Source: Deltaproteobacteria bacterium (GTDB taxonomy: Bacteria > Desulfobacterota > Binatia > UTPRO1). Taken from it: a DNA stretch of 64,000 nucleotides. Position 1 is the first letter of the stretch. Every line of letters begins with the position of its first letter. Below the pieces are notes generated by a model. It was given only the letters and a program-made list of their open reading frames with translations. It did not search any database and was not told the DNA's origin. Below are positions 36,719-48,422 of this stretch, in pieces. The stretch spans positions 207,185 through 271,184 of the forward strand of contig JADLHM010000098.1 of the NCBI GenBank assembly GCA_020848745.1. The letters run 5' to 3'. Both the position numbers and the translations under genes were made by a program.

Positions 36719-37390
36719 TCAGGCCGCGGCGAGCCGGCCGCCGTCGATCCGGAACACGAGATCGGCCGCCGCCTCCACGAGCGCGGCGTCGTGCGTGACG
36801 ACCACCTGGGTCATCCCGTCGGCGCGGACCCGCGCGAGCACCTCTACGAGCTCGCTCCGCCGCGCCGGGTCGAGCGCACTCGTCGGCTCGTCGTAGAGGA
36901 GGCAGGCGGGCGCCATGGCGAGCGCGCGCGCGATCGCGACCCGTTGGCATTGCCCGCCGGAGAGCCGGGCCGGGTGCTCGTCCACCTTGGCGGCGAGGCC
37001 GAGGCGGTCGAGGATCTCGCGGGCCCCCGCCTCGGCGGCGCTGCGCGCCGCGCCGCGGACGCGCCGCGGCGCGAGCACGCAATTCTCGAGCACGGTGAGG
37101 TGGGGGAAGAGCTCGAAGCTCTGGAAGACGAGGCCGATGTGGCCGCGGAGGGTCGCGGCGGCACTGCGTCCCGCGACGACGACGCGATCGCCGACGGCGA
37201 TCGTGCCGCGCTCGGCGCGGTCGAGTCCGGCGAGACAGCGGAGCAAGGTCGTCTTCCCCGCTCCGCTCTCGCCGACGATCGCCGCGATCGCGCCCGCCGG
37301 CACCGCGAACGACACGTCGCGGAGCGTCGGCGCGGCGGCGCCGCGATGGCGATGGGCGAGGCCTTCGACGCGGAGCGCGGCGCCGTTCAC
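36719..37390 (-). CDS. ABC transporter ATP-binding protein (polar amino acid type)
   Basis: Walker A GESGAGKTT, Q-loop, LSGGQCQRVAIARAL signature, Walker B LLYDEPTSALD; GTG start overlaps upstream stop (GTGA). Confidence 0.8.
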   Translation of the reverse strand: MNGAALRVEGLAHRHRGAAAPTLRDVSFAVPAGAIAAIVGESGAGKTTLLRCLAGLDRAERGTIAVGDRVVVAGRSAAATLRGHIGLVFQSFELFPHLTVLENCVLAPRRVRGAARSAAEAGAREILDRLGLAAKVDEHPARLSGGQCQRVAIARALAMAPACLLYDEPTSALDPARRSELVEVLARVRADGMTQVVVTHDAALVEAAADLVFRIDGGRLAAA

Positions 37391-38982
37391 GCGGCGCTCC
37401 GCAGGTGCCGCCCGAGCCGCGCCTCGGCGCGGCGGGCGAGCCACGCGAACGGCAGGCCGATCGCGAGGTACCAGGCCGCCACCAGGAGGCCGAGGCCGAG
37501 GTGGTCGCGCATCGCGTTCGCGAGGTTCAAGTAGGTCTTGGTGAGCTCGGTGAGCGTCACGAGCGAGACGAGCGAGCTGTCCTTGAGGAGCGCGATGAAG
37601 TCGTTGGTGGCGGGCGGGATCGCGACCCGCACCGCTTGCGGTCCGATCACGAAGCGCAGCGCCTGCATCGTCGACAGGCCGAGCGACCACGAGGCTTCGA
37701 GCTGTCCCGCCGGCACGCTCTCGAGCCCGGCGCGGTAGTTCTCGGCCTCGGCGGCGGCGTAGTTGAGGCCGAGGGCGACGGCGCCCGCGACGAACGGGTC
37801 GAGCGTGACGCCGAGCTCGGGCAGCCCGAAGTACAGCATGATGAGCTGCACGAGAAGCGGCGTCCCGCGCACGAACTCGATGTAGCCGATCGCGAGCGCG
37901 CGGAGCGGCAGCGGCCCGTACTTCCGGCAGAGCGCGAGCCCGATGCCGAGCGGCACGGCGAGCGCCATCGCCGTGAAGGACAACGCCAGCGTGAGCGCGG
38001 CGCCGCGCGCGAAGAGCGCGAGCGTGCGCGGGTAGCGATCGCGCAGGCGCTCGAGGAGGGGCGGGGGCTTCCCGACCGCCGTGCGCCACGCTTCGAGCGC
38101 CTCGGCGACGCCGCGCCCGCCGCCGGCGGGCGCGCCGAGGAGCGCGGCGGTCGCGTCGTTCCAGAGGCCCCACCGCTCGTAGATGGCGCGCAGCCGGCCG
38201 TCGGCGGCGAGGCGCGCGAGCGCGTCGTCGAGCGCGGCGCGCAAGGGCTCCTCGCCGAGCGGCACCGCGACCGCGTAGCGCACCTCGCCGAAGTCGCCCG
38301 GCACCGCTTCGAGCGCGGGCTCGATCTCGCCGTAGTAGAGGCTGATCGGGGCGTCGAGCAGCACCGCGTCGGTGCGGCCGAGGACGAGGTCGGCGTAGAT
38401 CTCGTTCTGGCCGCCGTCGTACGTGCGCACCTCGGCGCCCGCGCGCCGCAGGATGCGCTCGGCGAGCGAGCCGGGCAGCGTGCCGACGAGGCGCCCGCGG
38501 AGCGCGGCCGGCGTGCGCGGCGCGGCGGCGTCGCCGCGGCGGACCGTGAGACGCTCGGGCGCGACGTAGTAGGGGCGGGTGAGGAGCGCGACCCGGAGCT
38601 TCTCGTCGGCGACCTCGATGCCGTTCAGCGCGGCGTCGAAGTCGCCGCGTCCGAGGAGATCGAGCAGCATGTCCCACTGTCCCTGTACCGGCCGCGCGCG
38701 GACGCCGAGCTCGGCCGCGAGCGCGGTCGCGAGGTCGACCTCGAACCCGATCAGGTGGTTCGGGTCCATCGGATCCTGGAACACGTAGGGCGCGCCGCCT
38801 TGCGCGTCGGCGCCCCAGCGCAGCTCGCCGGCGGAGCGGATGCGGCCGAGGGCGCCGGCGGGCTCGTCGTCCTCCTCGGCGCAGGCGACGCGGGCGGCGG
38901 CGACGGGAAGGCACGCCGTCACGACGAGCGCCGCGACGACGACGCGCCATGCCGATCGCCGGGGGCACGCGCCGCGCATCAC
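37387..38982 (-). CDS. Fused periplasmic substrate-binding domain + permease of amino-acid ABC transporter
   Basis: Signal-like N-terminus; SBP_bac_3-like region; C-terminal permease with EAA-like loop (ENYRAGLESVPAGQLEAS); 531 aa. Confidence 0.75.
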   Translation of the reverse strand: MMRGACPRRSAWRVVVAALVVTACLPVAAARVACAEEDDEPAGALGRIRSAGELRWGADAQGGAPYVFQDPMDPNHLIGFEVDLATALAAELGVRARPVQGQWDMLLDLLGRGDFDAALNGIEVADEKLRVALLTRPYYVAPERLTVRRGDAAAPRTPAALRGRLVGTLPGSLAERILRRAGAEVRTYDGGQNEIYADLVLGRTDAVLLDAPISLYYGEIEPALEAVPGDFGEVRYAVAVPLGEEPLRAALDDALARLAADGRLRAIYERWGLWNDATAALLGAPAGGGRGVAEALEAWRTAVGKPPPLLERLRDRYPRTLALFARGAALTLALSFTAMALAVPLGIGLALCRKYGPLPLRALAIGYIEFVRGTPLLVQLIMLYFGLPELGVTLDPFVAGAVALGLNYAAAEAENYRAGLESVPAGQLEASWSLGLSTMQALRFVIGPQAVRVAIPPATNDFIALLKDSSLVSLVTLTELTKTYLNLANAMRDHLGLGLLVAAWYLAIGLPFAWLARRAEARLGRHLRSAA

Positions 38983-39113
38983 GCCGAGCGCTCTAGCAAG
39001 GTTGCTGAAAAAGGGCGATCTGCTTCGTTGCGCGGTCGCTCCCTCGCGCCTTGAGCGTGCGACCCGTCGCGGCGTCTTGTCAGCCGCGGGCCGCGTCGCT
39101 ACACGATGCCGCC

Positions 39114-40223
<1,110 letters not shown>

Positions 40224-40284
40224 GAGCGGCGGGTCGGCACGCTTGCATCGGCCGTCCGGTCGTGGCGGTAAGTTGATTCGGAAA

Positions 40285-40971
40285 ATGGCGACGCTTCGTT
40301 TCTATTTCGACTACATCTCCACCAACGCCTACCTTGCCTGGCTCCAGATGCCGACGATCGCCCGGCGGTACGGCTGGGTGCTGGAGCCCGTGCCGGTGTT
40401 GTTCGCGGGCCTGCTCGAGGCGCACGGGACGAGCGGGCCGGCCGAGACGCCGGCGAAGGCGCTCTGGATGTGGAAGAACAACCTCCGGAAGGCGGCGCTC
40501 TCGGGCGTGCCGCTGAACCCGCCGGCGTTCCACCCGTTCAACCCGCTGCTCGCGCTCCGGGTGACGACGCTCGCGCGCGACCTCGACGAATGCGACGAGC
40601 TCATCACGCGGCTCATGGAAGCCGTGTGGGTGCGGGGCGAGCACGTGAGCGAACCGGAGGTGATCGAGCGCGCGTGTCGCGACGTCGGGCTCGACGGCGG
40701 GGCGCTCGTCGCCGCGGCGGGCGCCGCGAAGGCGAAAGCCGCTCTCCGCCGCCAGACCGACGACGCGATCGCGCGCGGCGTCTTCGGCGTGCCGACCATG
40801 GAGGCGAGCGGGGAGATCTTCTGGGGCTACGACGATCTGCCCTACCTCGAGCTCTTCATGGCGGGCGACGACCCGCTGGCGCGCACCTCGTTCGGCAAGA
40901 GCGATACGCCGGCGCCGCGCGCGTCGGCGATGCGGCGGCAGCACCGCGAGCGCATCGAGCGCGGCACGTGA
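40285..40971 (+). CDS. DsbA-like 2-hydroxychromene-2-carboxylate isomerase family protein (kappa-GST-like)
   Basis: MATLRFYFDYISTNAYLAW N-terminus and GVFGVPT motif typical of HCCA isomerase/GST-kappa family. Confidence 0.6.
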   Translation: MATLRFYFDYISTNAYLAWLQMPTIARRYGWVLEPVPVLFAGLLEAHGTSGPAETPAKALWMWKNNLRKAALSGVPLNPPAFHPFNPLLALRVTTLARDLDECDELITRLMEAVWVRGEHVSEPEVIERACRDVGLDGGALVAAAGAAKAKAALRRQTDDAIARGVFGVPTMEASGEIFWGYDDLPYLELFMAGDDPLARTSFGKSDTPAPRASAMRRQHRERIERGT

Positions 40972-40975
40972 CGAC

Positions 40976-42841
40976 GTGAAGCAGATCGTTCTGATCAAGC
41001 AGGTCCCGGCCGTCGCGGAGCTCGCCTTCGACCCGCAGACGCGCACGCTGAAGCGCGAGGGCGTGCGTCTGGAAGTGAGCTCGTTCGACGTTCGGGCACT
41101 GCTCCGCGCGGTCGAGCTCCGCGCCGAGCACGGCGGCGAGGTGGTCGTGCTCACCATGGGGCCTCCGGCGGCGCGCGAAGCGCTCGTATACTGCCTTGCG
41201 CTCGGCGCCGATCGCGGCATCCATCTCTGCGACCGTGCGTTCGCCGGCGCCGATACGCTCGCGACGGCGCGCGCGCTCGCGGCGGCAGTGGCGCGCGAGC
41301 GCCCCGACCTCGTGCTGTGCGGGCGTGCGAGCGTCGATGCCGAGACCGCGCAGGTCGGGCCCGAGGTCGCCGAGCTGCTCGACGTGCCGCAAGTGTGCAG
41401 CGCCCGGACGCTCGTCGTCGATGCCGCCGCGCGCACCTTCACCGCGGAGCGCGAGACCGACGACGGTGCGGAGACCGTGACGGGCGCGCTCCCGGCGCTC
41501 GTCACGGCGGGCGAGGATCTGGCGCCGGAGCGCTTTCCGCGCCGGGGGGACAAGGAAGCGGCGAAGGTGAAGCCGATCGTCGAGCTGACGGCGGCCGCTC
41601 TCGGCCTCGACGCGACGACGATCGGCGCCGCCGGCTCGCCGACCTGGGTCGAAGGGCTCGAGGCGATCGACGTCGCGCGCCCGGGTCGCGTCCTCGAGGG
41701 CGGCGTCGATGCGGCGATTGCCACACTGGTTGCCGAGCTCGAGGCGCGCGGGATCTTCGCCCCGGCCGGCATCGGCGACCCGGGCGACGCGGCGCCTGCG
41801 GCGTCCGCTCCGACGGCGGAACGCGCGGGGGCGGTGGCGCGTGATCGCGACGTGTGGGTCGTGGCCGAGCTCTTCGATGGCGCCGTCCGTCGCGTGACGC
41901 TCGAGCTCCTCGCGAGGGCTCGCCGCCTCGCCGCCGCGCGCGGCGGCCGCGTCGCGGCGGTGCTGCTCGGGCACGACGTCGGCCGCCACGTCGCGCTCCT
42001 CGCGGGCCACGGAGCCGATCGCGTGCTCGTCGCCGACGATCCACGCCTTGCGACCTACGCCACCGAGCCCTACGCGGCGCTGCTCGCGCGGGCGATCGGC
42101 GCCGAGCGTCCGGGCGCGGTATTGGTGCCGTCGACCTACGTCGGCCGCGATCTCGCGCCGCGCGTCGCGGGGCGCCTCGGGCTCGGACTCACCGGCGATT
42201 GCGTCGACCTCTCGATCGACGACGAGGGCCGTCTGGTGCAGTGGAAGCCGGCGTTCGGCGGCAACGTCGTCGCGCCGATCCTCTCGCGCACGCGCCCCGA
42301 GATGGCGACGGTCCGTCCGGGCGTGCTGCCGGCGGCGTCGGCGCGCGCGGGCGCGACGGCGCGAGCCGACGCGCTGTCGCTCGTCGATCTCCCGGCGAGC
42401 CGGCTCCGTGTCGTCGACCGCCGGCGCGATCCGTCGGCGGCGCGTGCCGCCGCGCTCGACGAGGCGGAGATCGCGGTTGGCGTCGGGCTCGGCATCGGCG
42501 GTCCCGAGGCGCTCCCGGTGATCGAAGCGCTCGCGGCGGCGCTCGGCGGCGCGCCGCCCGCGGCCACCCGCGACGTCGTCGACAAGGGATGGCTGCCGCG
42601 CCAGCGCCAGGTCGGCCTCACGGGCCGCGCCATCGCGCCGCGCTGCTACTTCGCGATCGGTATCCGCGGCGCCGCCGAGCACATGGTCGGCGTGCGCCGC
42701 TCCGGGACGATCGTCGCCGTCGACAAGAACCCGCAGGCGCCGATCTTCGCGCAGGCGGATCTCGGAATCGTCGGCGATTGGGCCGAGGTCGTGCCGCGCC
42801 TCACGCACGCGCTTGCGGCCCGACGCAAGAGCTCCGAATAG
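40976..42841 (+). CDS. Fused electron transfer flavoprotein beta-alpha (EtfB-EtfA) polypeptide
   Basis: N-terminus MKQIVLIKQVPAVAELAFDP... (ETF beta); C-terminus GIRGAAEHMVGVRRSGTIVAVDKNPQAPIF...ADLGIVGDW (ETF alpha FAD-binding); single 621-aa ORF, GTG start. Confidence 0.8.
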   Translation: MKQIVLIKQVPAVAELAFDPQTRTLKREGVRLEVSSFDVRALLRAVELRAEHGGEVVVLTMGPPAAREALVYCLALGADRGIHLCDRAFAGADTLATARALAAAVARERPDLVLCGRASVDAETAQVGPEVAELLDVPQVCSARTLVVDAAARTFTAERETDDGAETVTGALPALVTAGEDLAPERFPRRGDKEAAKVKPIVELTAAALGLDATTIGAAGSPTWVEGLEAIDVARPGRVLEGGVDAAIATLVAELEARGIFAPAGIGDPGDAAPAASAPTAERAGAVARDRDVWVVAELFDGAVRRVTLELLARARRLAAARGGRVAAVLLGHDVGRHVALLAGHGADRVLVADDPRLATYATEPYAALLARAIGAERPGAVLVPSTYVGRDLAPRVAGRLGLGLTGDCVDLSIDDEGRLVQWKPAFGGNVVAPILSRTRPEMATVRPGVLPAASARAGATARADALSLVDLPASRLRVVDRRRDPSAARAAALDEAEIAVGVGLGIGGPEALPVIEALAAALGGAPPAATRDVVDKGWLPRQRQVGLTGRAIAPRCYFAIGIRGAAEHMVGVRRSGTIVAVDKNPQAPIFAQADLGIVGDWAEVVPRLTHALAARRKSSE

Positions 42842-42878
42842 CCATCGCCACCGCATGACGCCGTGCTAGGGTGGCGAC

Positions 42879-43466
42879 ATGGCGGAACCCAAGCGGCGGG
42901 CGACGTACGAGGACCTCATGCAGGTCCCCGAATGGAAGGTCGCGGAGATCATCGAGGGCGAGCTGATCGTGAGCCCGCGCCCGGCGACACCGCACGCGTA
43001 CACCGGAACGGTCATGATCGCCGATCTCGGGGGGCCGTTCGGTGGTCCGCCCGGTGCTCCGGGGCGACCCGGCGGGTGGTGGGTCTTGTACGAGCCGGAA
43101 TTGCACTTCGGGGAGGACGTTCTCGTCCCGGACGTCGCTGCGTGGCGGCGGGAACGATTTCCACAGCTACCCAATGCCGCGTTCATCTCCCAGGCGCCCG
43201 ACTGGGTGTGCGAGGTCATCTCTCCCTCGACCGGCACGATCGACCGCGGCCGCAAGATGCGCATCTACGCGCGCGAAGGCGTCGGGCACCTCTGGTTCGT
43301 CGAGCCGCTCGCGCGCACGCTCGAGGTCTATCGCCTCGACGACGAGGGGCACTGGGTCGTCGTCGAGAACTTCGGTGGCGACGACGTCGTGCGCGCGGCG
43401 CCCTTCGACGCCATCGCGCTCGACCTCGCGCGCTGGTGGCTGCCGGGGACCGAGCCCACGCGCTGA
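42879..43466 (+). CDS. Uma2-family (DUF820) putative restriction-endonuclease-like protein
   Basis: YELIxGELIVSP, PDWVCEVISPST, WxVEP pattern; 195 aa. Confidence 0.75.
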   Translation: MAEPKRRATYEDLMQVPEWKVAEIIEGELIVSPRPATPHAYTGTVMIADLGGPFGGPPGAPGRPGGWWVLYEPELHFGEDVLVPDVAAWRRERFPQLPNAAFISQAPDWVCEVISPSTGTIDRGRKMRIYAREGVGHLWFVEPLARTLEVYRLDDEGHWVVVENFGGDDVVRAAPFDAIALDLARWWLPGTEPTR

Positions 43467-43562
43467 CGGCCCCGCGAGGCGCAGCAGCTCGTTACGCTGA
43501 TCTTCGAGGACTGCTCCGGTCTCCGCCGCGATCGTGCGGTGTCCGACGGTCCGCGATGCTCT

Positions 43563-44300
43563 TCACGGTGTTTCGGTTTCCGTCGGTGTCGGTGACGCTT
43601 CGGGCGTCGGGGTTTCGTCCGGGCTTTCGGTCGGCGTCGGGCTGACCGTCTCGACTGCGGTTTCGGTCACGGTCGGCGTTGCGGTCGGAGTGACCGGCGG
43701 CGTGGCAGTGCGCGTCGCCGACGGGGTCACGGTACGCGTCGGTGATGGCGTCGCGGTGCGGGTCGGGGTCACGGTGCGCGTTCGCGTCGGGGTCACGGTG
43801 CGGGTCGGTGTCGGCGTGGCGGTGCGGGTCGGCGTGAGCGTCCGGGTAGGCGTCAGGGTCGGCGTGGGCGTGGCACTTTCCGTCGGGGTGGCCGTGAGCG
43901 TCGGCGTCGCGGTGCGCGTCGGGGTCGCGGTCCGCGTCGGTGTCACGGTGCGCGTCCGGGTCGGCGTCACGGTCCGCGTTGCCGTCAGCGTCGGGGTAGC
44001 AGTGCGGGTCGGCGTGGGGGTGCGGGTTCTGGTCGGCGTGCCGGTGCGAGTGGGCGTCCCGGTCGCGGTCGGTGTTGGCGTGTCGGTCGGCGTTGGCGTT
44101 GGGGTCGCGGTCGGCGTGTCGGTGGCGGTGGGCGTCGGTGTCGGCGTTGGGGTCGGCGTGGGCGTGGGGGTGTCGGTCGCGGTCGCGGTCGGCGTGTCGG
44201 TTGGCGTTGGCGTTGGGGTCGCGGTCGGTGTGTCGGTGGCGGTGGGCGTCGGTGTCGGCGTTGGAGTTGGCGTGTCGGTCGCGGTCGGCGTCGCCGACGT
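43563..44300. repeat. Tandem degenerate short DNA repeats (GTCGGCGTGGGCGTG-type) encoding the Pro-Thr tail
   Basis: Directly visible periodic GGCGTSGSGGTS units over ~740 bp; open in multiple frames. Confidence 0.7.
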
Positions 44301-45419
44301 GATCGGGGTCGTCGGGTACGCCGGCGTCGGACAGGGGAGGCCGCTCGCGTCGGCCTCGATCGTGGCCAGCAGCGAGGGGCTTTGCGGAACGGCCGCTCGC
44401 AGAATGGCGAGACTCGCGCAGGTGTGGCTGCGGACGAGACATTCCGTGTACCCGGACAGCGATTCGACCGCGGTGTCGAATGCGAGGCACTGCGGTGCGA
44501 CGGTCGACAGGTGGGCGCCGCTCGGAGCGAGCAGCGTGGCGAACGGGACGGCACCGCATCTGCGCTCGATGTTTCGCCGGAAGCGGACCGTCGCATCGGC
44601 GAGGTCGGCTCGCCATATGGCGCACCGCCGCGCGCCGCGCTCGAGACACCCGGAACCGCCAGCTTCCCGACGGCAGGCCAGCGCCGCTTCGAGGCAACGC
44701 CGATCTCCGGCCAGTCGGCGCCCGAGGAGGCCGGCGCCTTCGACTCCGACGGCATCGATACACTTCGTGAGCTCGGGAACGGCGGGATCGAACGTGCCGT
44801 CGCCGCCGTAGTCCGCAAGGCAGGCGGCGTCTCCGAGGTCGACGCCGTTCAGACGCAGCAGCTCGCCGGCGCGCGCGTGCTCGAGGACGAGCACGCGGTC
44901 GCTCTCGCACGCATGGCGCCGCGCGATGCATGCCGCGATCGCGCCGTGATCGTCGAGCGTGAGGCCGAAGTCGGCCCAGCAGCCGTCGGCCGCCTGTTGG
45001 TGCCCGAGCCCGCTGGCGTCGAGCATCTCGGTGAGGGAAACCGTCGTCGCGTTGCAGCGCCGAAGGATCCTGCGGGCGAATCGCCGCGTGTCCTCGGCGA
45101 GCGCGGCGCGCGTCGCGACGCACGTGGTTTGTGCGTGATTGCGGCACGCGTCGCCGCCGGGATGGATACGAGCGCACCATGCGACGGCGCGAAGGCATCG
45201 GCCGAGCCGCGTCAACCGCGTCGTGACCGCGCGTGCGCCCGCTCGGGTGATGGCGCGCGCGCAGAGGTCGAGCCGTGCGAGCGCTTCGGCGCGGACCGGT
45301 CGCACGACCGCGCCACTCGCGGCGAACGAGATCAGGAGCGCCAGCGCGATCGTCACACCGCGGCGCGGGGTGAGAAGGGGGACGCGGGGGGACAGCATGG
45401 AAACGAGGGAAGGGAGCAT
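43563..45419 (-). CDS. Secreted protein: N-terminal tandem Cys-rich domains + long Pro-Thr-rich tandem-repeat C-terminal tail
   Basis: Signal peptide (…[24 protein letters not shown]); two copies of a Cys-rich domain ending CIARRHAC / CLVRSHTC; C-terminal ~250 aa of [16 protein letters not shown]… Opposite strand is also open (Gly-Val-rich) so strand assignment rests on signal peptide and domain similarity to 54947..57682. Confidence 0.55.
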   Translation of the reverse strand: MLPSLVSMLSPRVPLLTPRRGVTIALALLISFAASGAVVRPVRAEALARLDLCARAITRAGARAVTTRLTRLGRCLRAVAWCARIHPGGDACRNHAQTTCVATRAALAEDTRRFARRILRRCNATTVSLTEMLDASGLGHQQAADGCWADFGLTLDDHGAIAACIARRHACESDRVLVLEHARAGELLRLNGVDLGDAACLADYGGDGTFDPAVPELTKCIDAVGVEGAGLLGRRLAGDRRCLEAALACRREAGGSGCLERGARRCAIWRADLADATVRFRRNIERRCGAVPFATLLAPSGAHLSTVAPQCLAFDTAVESLSGYTECLVRSHTCASLAILRAAVPQSPSLLATIEADASGLPCPTPAYPTTPITSATPTATDTPTPTPTPTPTATDTPTATPTPTPTDTPTATATDTPTPTPTPTPTPTPTATDTPTATPTPTPTDTPTPTATGTPTRTGTPTRTRTPTPTRTATPTLTATRTVTPTRTRTVTPTRTATPTRTATPTLTATPTESATPTPTLTPTRTLTPTRTATPTPTRTVTPTRTRTVTPTRTATPSPTRTVTPSATRTATPPVTPTATPTVTETAVETVSPTPTESPDETPTPEASPTPTETETP

Positions 45420-45594
45420 CTCCCGTGCCGAGCGCGACCGCGCCGTCCCGCGCGGCGCGCGGTCCGGGCACCAGGGGCAGAAGGGCCCCGGTGACGGAAA
45501 CTCCCGCAGCGGTGGTCAAAAGTCTGACAACGGGGGGTCGGCTCGCGCCGCGCCTTGACTCGTGGTTCCTTCTGACCGACGCTTCACGCCCGCC

Positions 45595-46788
45595 ATGGGC
45601 TCGTACCTCCACGACGTGGCGCGCCGCCTGATCGCGTTCGACACGGTGAGCGCCGGGAGCAACGCGGGCGCCGCGGCGGTGCTCGCCGACGAGCTCGCCC
45701 GTCACGGGTTTCGCGTCGCCTGTCAGGAGTACGAGAGCGAGGGCGTGACGAAGGTGAACGTCGTCGCGACGGCCGGACCGCCGGTCGCCGGCGGCCTCAT
45801 CGTGTCGGGTCACGTCGACGTCGTGCCCTTCGCGAACCAGGCGGGCTGGACGCGCGACCCGCTGGCCTTCACCGTCGACGATGCGCGCGCGTACGGCCGG
45901 GGCACGAGCGACATGAAGGGGTTCCTCGCCCAGTGCGTCGCCGCGGCCGCGGTGATCGACCGCGCGCGGCTCGCGCGGCCGCTCGCCTTCGTCTTCACCG
46001 CCGACGAGGAGATCGGCTGCGGTGGCGCCCGCCGCCTCGTCCCCGCGCTTCCCGCACTCCTCGCCGGCGTGCCGCTTCCGACCCTCGCGTGGATCGGCGA
46101 GCCGACGGCGTGGCGCGTGTACCACACCCACAAGGGCATCGTCGTCTTCACGATCACGGCGCACGGCGTGGCCGGGCACAGCAGCCTTCCGGAGCGCGGT
46201 CAGAACGCGATCGCCGTCATGGCGCGGGCGATCGCGGTGATCGGCGCGTACCAGGCCGAGCTGCGCGCGGCGGCTCCGCGCGCAAGCGCCGCCGACTTCC
46301 CGGAATGCCCGTACACGCCGCTGAATCTCGGCGGCGTGCGCGGCGGCAGCGCCGACAACATGATTGCCGATCGCTGCACGCTGACCGTGAGCTACCGGCC
46401 GTTGCCCGACGAGGATCCGCTCGCGGTGCATCGGGAGGTCGCGCGCCGGCTCGCGGCGGCCGATCTCCGCGACCCGGGATCGCCCGAGGCGCCGGCGCGC
46501 GTGGACGTTGGCGCGGCGTCGGTCGTCGCGGGCATGCGCTCGCCGCGCGCCACGCCGCTCGCGGCGGCGCTCGCGGACGCGCTCGGTCCCCGCAGCGCGG
46601 GCGGCGCGGGGGGCGCGCCCTTCGCGACCGACGGCGGCGAGTTCGCGCGGGGTGGCGTCGCGAGCCTCGTCTGCGGTCCGGGCGAGCTCGGGCAGGCGCA
46701 CCAGCCGAACGAGAGCATCGCCCGCGCCGCCTTCGAGGAAGGAGTGGAAGTGATCGGCCGCGTCGTCGCCCGGCTCTGCGTCGGCTGA
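45595..46788 (+). CDS. M20 family metallopeptidase (ArgE/DapE-like deacylase)
   Basis: HVDVVP, GTSDMKG, ADEEIG motifs; internal ATG 45595. Confidence 0.75.
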   Translation: MGSYLHDVARRLIAFDTVSAGSNAGAAAVLADELARHGFRVACQEYESEGVTKVNVVATAGPPVAGGLIVSGHVDVVPFANQAGWTRDPLAFTVDDARAYGRGTSDMKGFLAQCVAAAAVIDRARLARPLAFVFTADEEIGCGGARRLVPALPALLAGVPLPTLAWIGEPTAWRVYHTHKGIVVFTITAHGVAGHSSLPERGQNAIAVMARAIAVIGAYQAELRAAAPRASAADFPECPYTPLNLGGVRGGSADNMIADRCTLTVSYRPLPDEDPLAVHREVARRLAAADLRDPGSPEAPARVDVGAASVVAGMRSPRATPLAAALADALGPRSAGGAGGAPFATDGGEFARGGVASLVCGPGELGQAHQPNESIARAAFEEGVEVIGRVVARLCVG

Positions 46789-46892
46789 ACGGGGGTTTTG
46801 ACTAGCGCTGCGGACGCGAGCAAAACGAAACGACCACCGCCCCTGCCGCCACTCCGCTCTTCTATAGAGAATGCGCGGCCCAGGAAGGACCC

Positions 46893-47300
46893 ATGAGCAA
46901 GATCTACGACGCCCTCCAGCATCTCGAGGCCCAGAGGAAAGCGATGGAAAGCGGTCAGGCCCCCGATCTCGGGGCGAATCCACTCGACCTGCAGGAGCGG
47001 CCGACGCCGGCGTCCGCGCCGCGTCCCGGCAGCACCGCCCAGAGCCTGCTCGAGCACGCCGGTGCCGTGATGCGCTTCGAGTCCGAGCTGCACCGCCGCA
47101 TGGGCGAAGCGGGTTTCAACGGCCTGCACGGCCTGTTCGCGCTCGCCGAGCAGCTCGAGCGCGCGCTCGCGACCGTGTCGCGGCACGAGCTCGACGGCGC
47201 CGAAAGCGACCTCGAGCGCGTCGCCGACCGCATCCGTGGGATGCAGCACGACCTCCGCCAGCTGAAGGCGGTGAAGACGGACTTCGAAGGACTGCGCTGA
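46893..47300 (+). CDS. Hypothetical small protein (135 aa)
   Basis: ATG with GGAAGGA RBS; non-Arg-rich, helical-looking composition; convergent with aroG. Confidence 0.5.
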   Translation: MSKIYDALQHLEAQRKAMESGQAPDLGANPLDLQERPTPASAPRPGSTAQSLLEHAGAVMRFESELHRRMGEAGFNGLHGLFALAEQLERALATVSRHELDGAESDLERVADRIRGMQHDLRQLKAVKTDFEGLR

Positions 47301-47336
47301 GCGGAGCGCGGCGCGCGGCGTTCCGGGCTCCGGCCG

Positions 47337-48398
47337 CTACGCCGCGCTCTTCGTGCGCGTCGCTGCGGCGATCTCGCCGAGCAGCGTCTCCGTCTCGTCC
47401 CACCCGATGCACGCGTCGGTGATCGACACGCCGTAGCGGAGATCGGTGCCGGCGACCCAGTCCTGCCGGCCGGGCTCGAGATTGCTCTCGACCAGCAGGC
47501 CCATCACGGCGCCGTTGCTCGTGCCGAGATGCGCGAGCACCTCGCGGCAGACGATCGGCTGGCGCGTGTAGTCCTTGCTCGAGTTGCCGTGCGAGCAGTC
47601 GATCATGACCGGTCGCGCGAGCCCCTCGCCCGCCACCATCTCGGCCGCGCGCGCGACGTCGGCCGCGCTGTAGTTCGGGCCGCCGCCGCCGCCGCGCAAC
47701 ACGACGTGGCGGTCGGGGTTGCCGCCCGTCTTGATCATCGCGGTGGCGCCGTCGGCGCCGATGCCGAGGAAGGTGTGCGGGTGGCGCGCCGAGATCATCG
47801 CGTGGAGCGCCACCTGCAAGCCGCCGTCGGTCGAGTTCTTGAAGCCGATCGGCATCGAGAGGCCGCTCGCCATCTCGCGGTGGGTCTGACTCTCGATGGT
47901 GCGGGCGCCGATCGAAGCCCAGCTGAGGAGATCCGAGATGTACTGCGGCGTGATGGGATCGAGGACCTCGCCGCCGCACGGCAGCCCGAGCTCGTTGATC
48001 TCGAGGAGGGTCTTGCGGGCGAGCTGCAGGCCGGTCGCGATGTCGCACGAGCCGTCGAGGTGCGGGTCGTTGATGAGGCCCTTCCAGCCGATCGTCGTGC
48101 GCGGCTTCTCGAAGTAGGTGCGCATGACGACGATCAGGCGGTCGCGGGTGGCCCTCGCGACCTCGAGCAGCCGGTGCGCGTAGTCGTGCGCCGCGTCGGG
48201 GTCGTGGATGGAGCAGGGGCCCACGACGACCACCAGGCGGTCGCGATCGCGTCCGTGCAGGACGTCGCGAATCGCGCGCCGGGTCTCCAGCACGAGGTCC
48301 GCGGCGCGCTTCGTGAGCGGCTGCGCCGCCTTCACGGCGCGCGGCGAGATGAGCGGCATGATGTCCTCCACGTTCCGGTCTTCGATTTTCTCGATCAC
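47337..48398 (-). CDS. aroG: 3-deoxy-7-phosphoheptulonate (DAHP) synthase, class I
   Basis: LVVVVGPCSIHD, KPRTTIGWKGL, IGARTIESQTHRE motifs; GTG start 48396-48398 with AAGGAG RBS 6 nt upstream. Confidence 0.85.
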   Translation of the reverse strand: MIEKIEDRNVEDIMPLISPRAVKAAQPLTKRAADLVLETRRAIRDVLHGRDRDRLVVVVGPCSIHDPDAAHDYAHRLLEVARATRDRLIVVMRTYFEKPRTTIGWKGLINDPHLDGSCDIATGLQLARKTLLEINELGLPCGGEVLDPITPQYISDLLSWASIGARTIESQTHREMASGLSMPIGFKNSTDGGLQVALHAMISARHPHTFLGIGADGATAMIKTGGNPDRHVVLRGGGGGPNYSAADVARAAEMVAGEGLARPVMIDCSHGNSSKDYTRQPIVCREVLAHLGTSNGAVMGLLVESNLEPGRQDWVAGTDLRYGVSITDACIGWDETETLLGEIAAATRTKSAA

Positions 48399-48422
48399 GA
48401 CGTGCTCCTTTGTCTTCCCCGG

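Noticed and set aside
36719-38968. 749-aa minus ORF
   Set aside because: This is a fusion artefact. The C-terminal 223 aa are the ABC ATPase (GTG start 37388-37390). The N-terminal part is a shadow frame of the binding-protein/permease gene.
43563-44300. Possible CRISPR array because of short periodic repeats
   Set aside because: The repeats are degenerate and contiguous without unique spacers. They are in-frame coding (PT-rich) and high-GC, so this is not a CRISPR.
43534-44811. Plus-strand Gly-Val-rich ORF over the tandem repeat
   Set aside because: I judged it the antisense of the Pro-Thr tail. It has no signal peptide or domain and runs into junk. Kept as a strand-ambiguity caveat.
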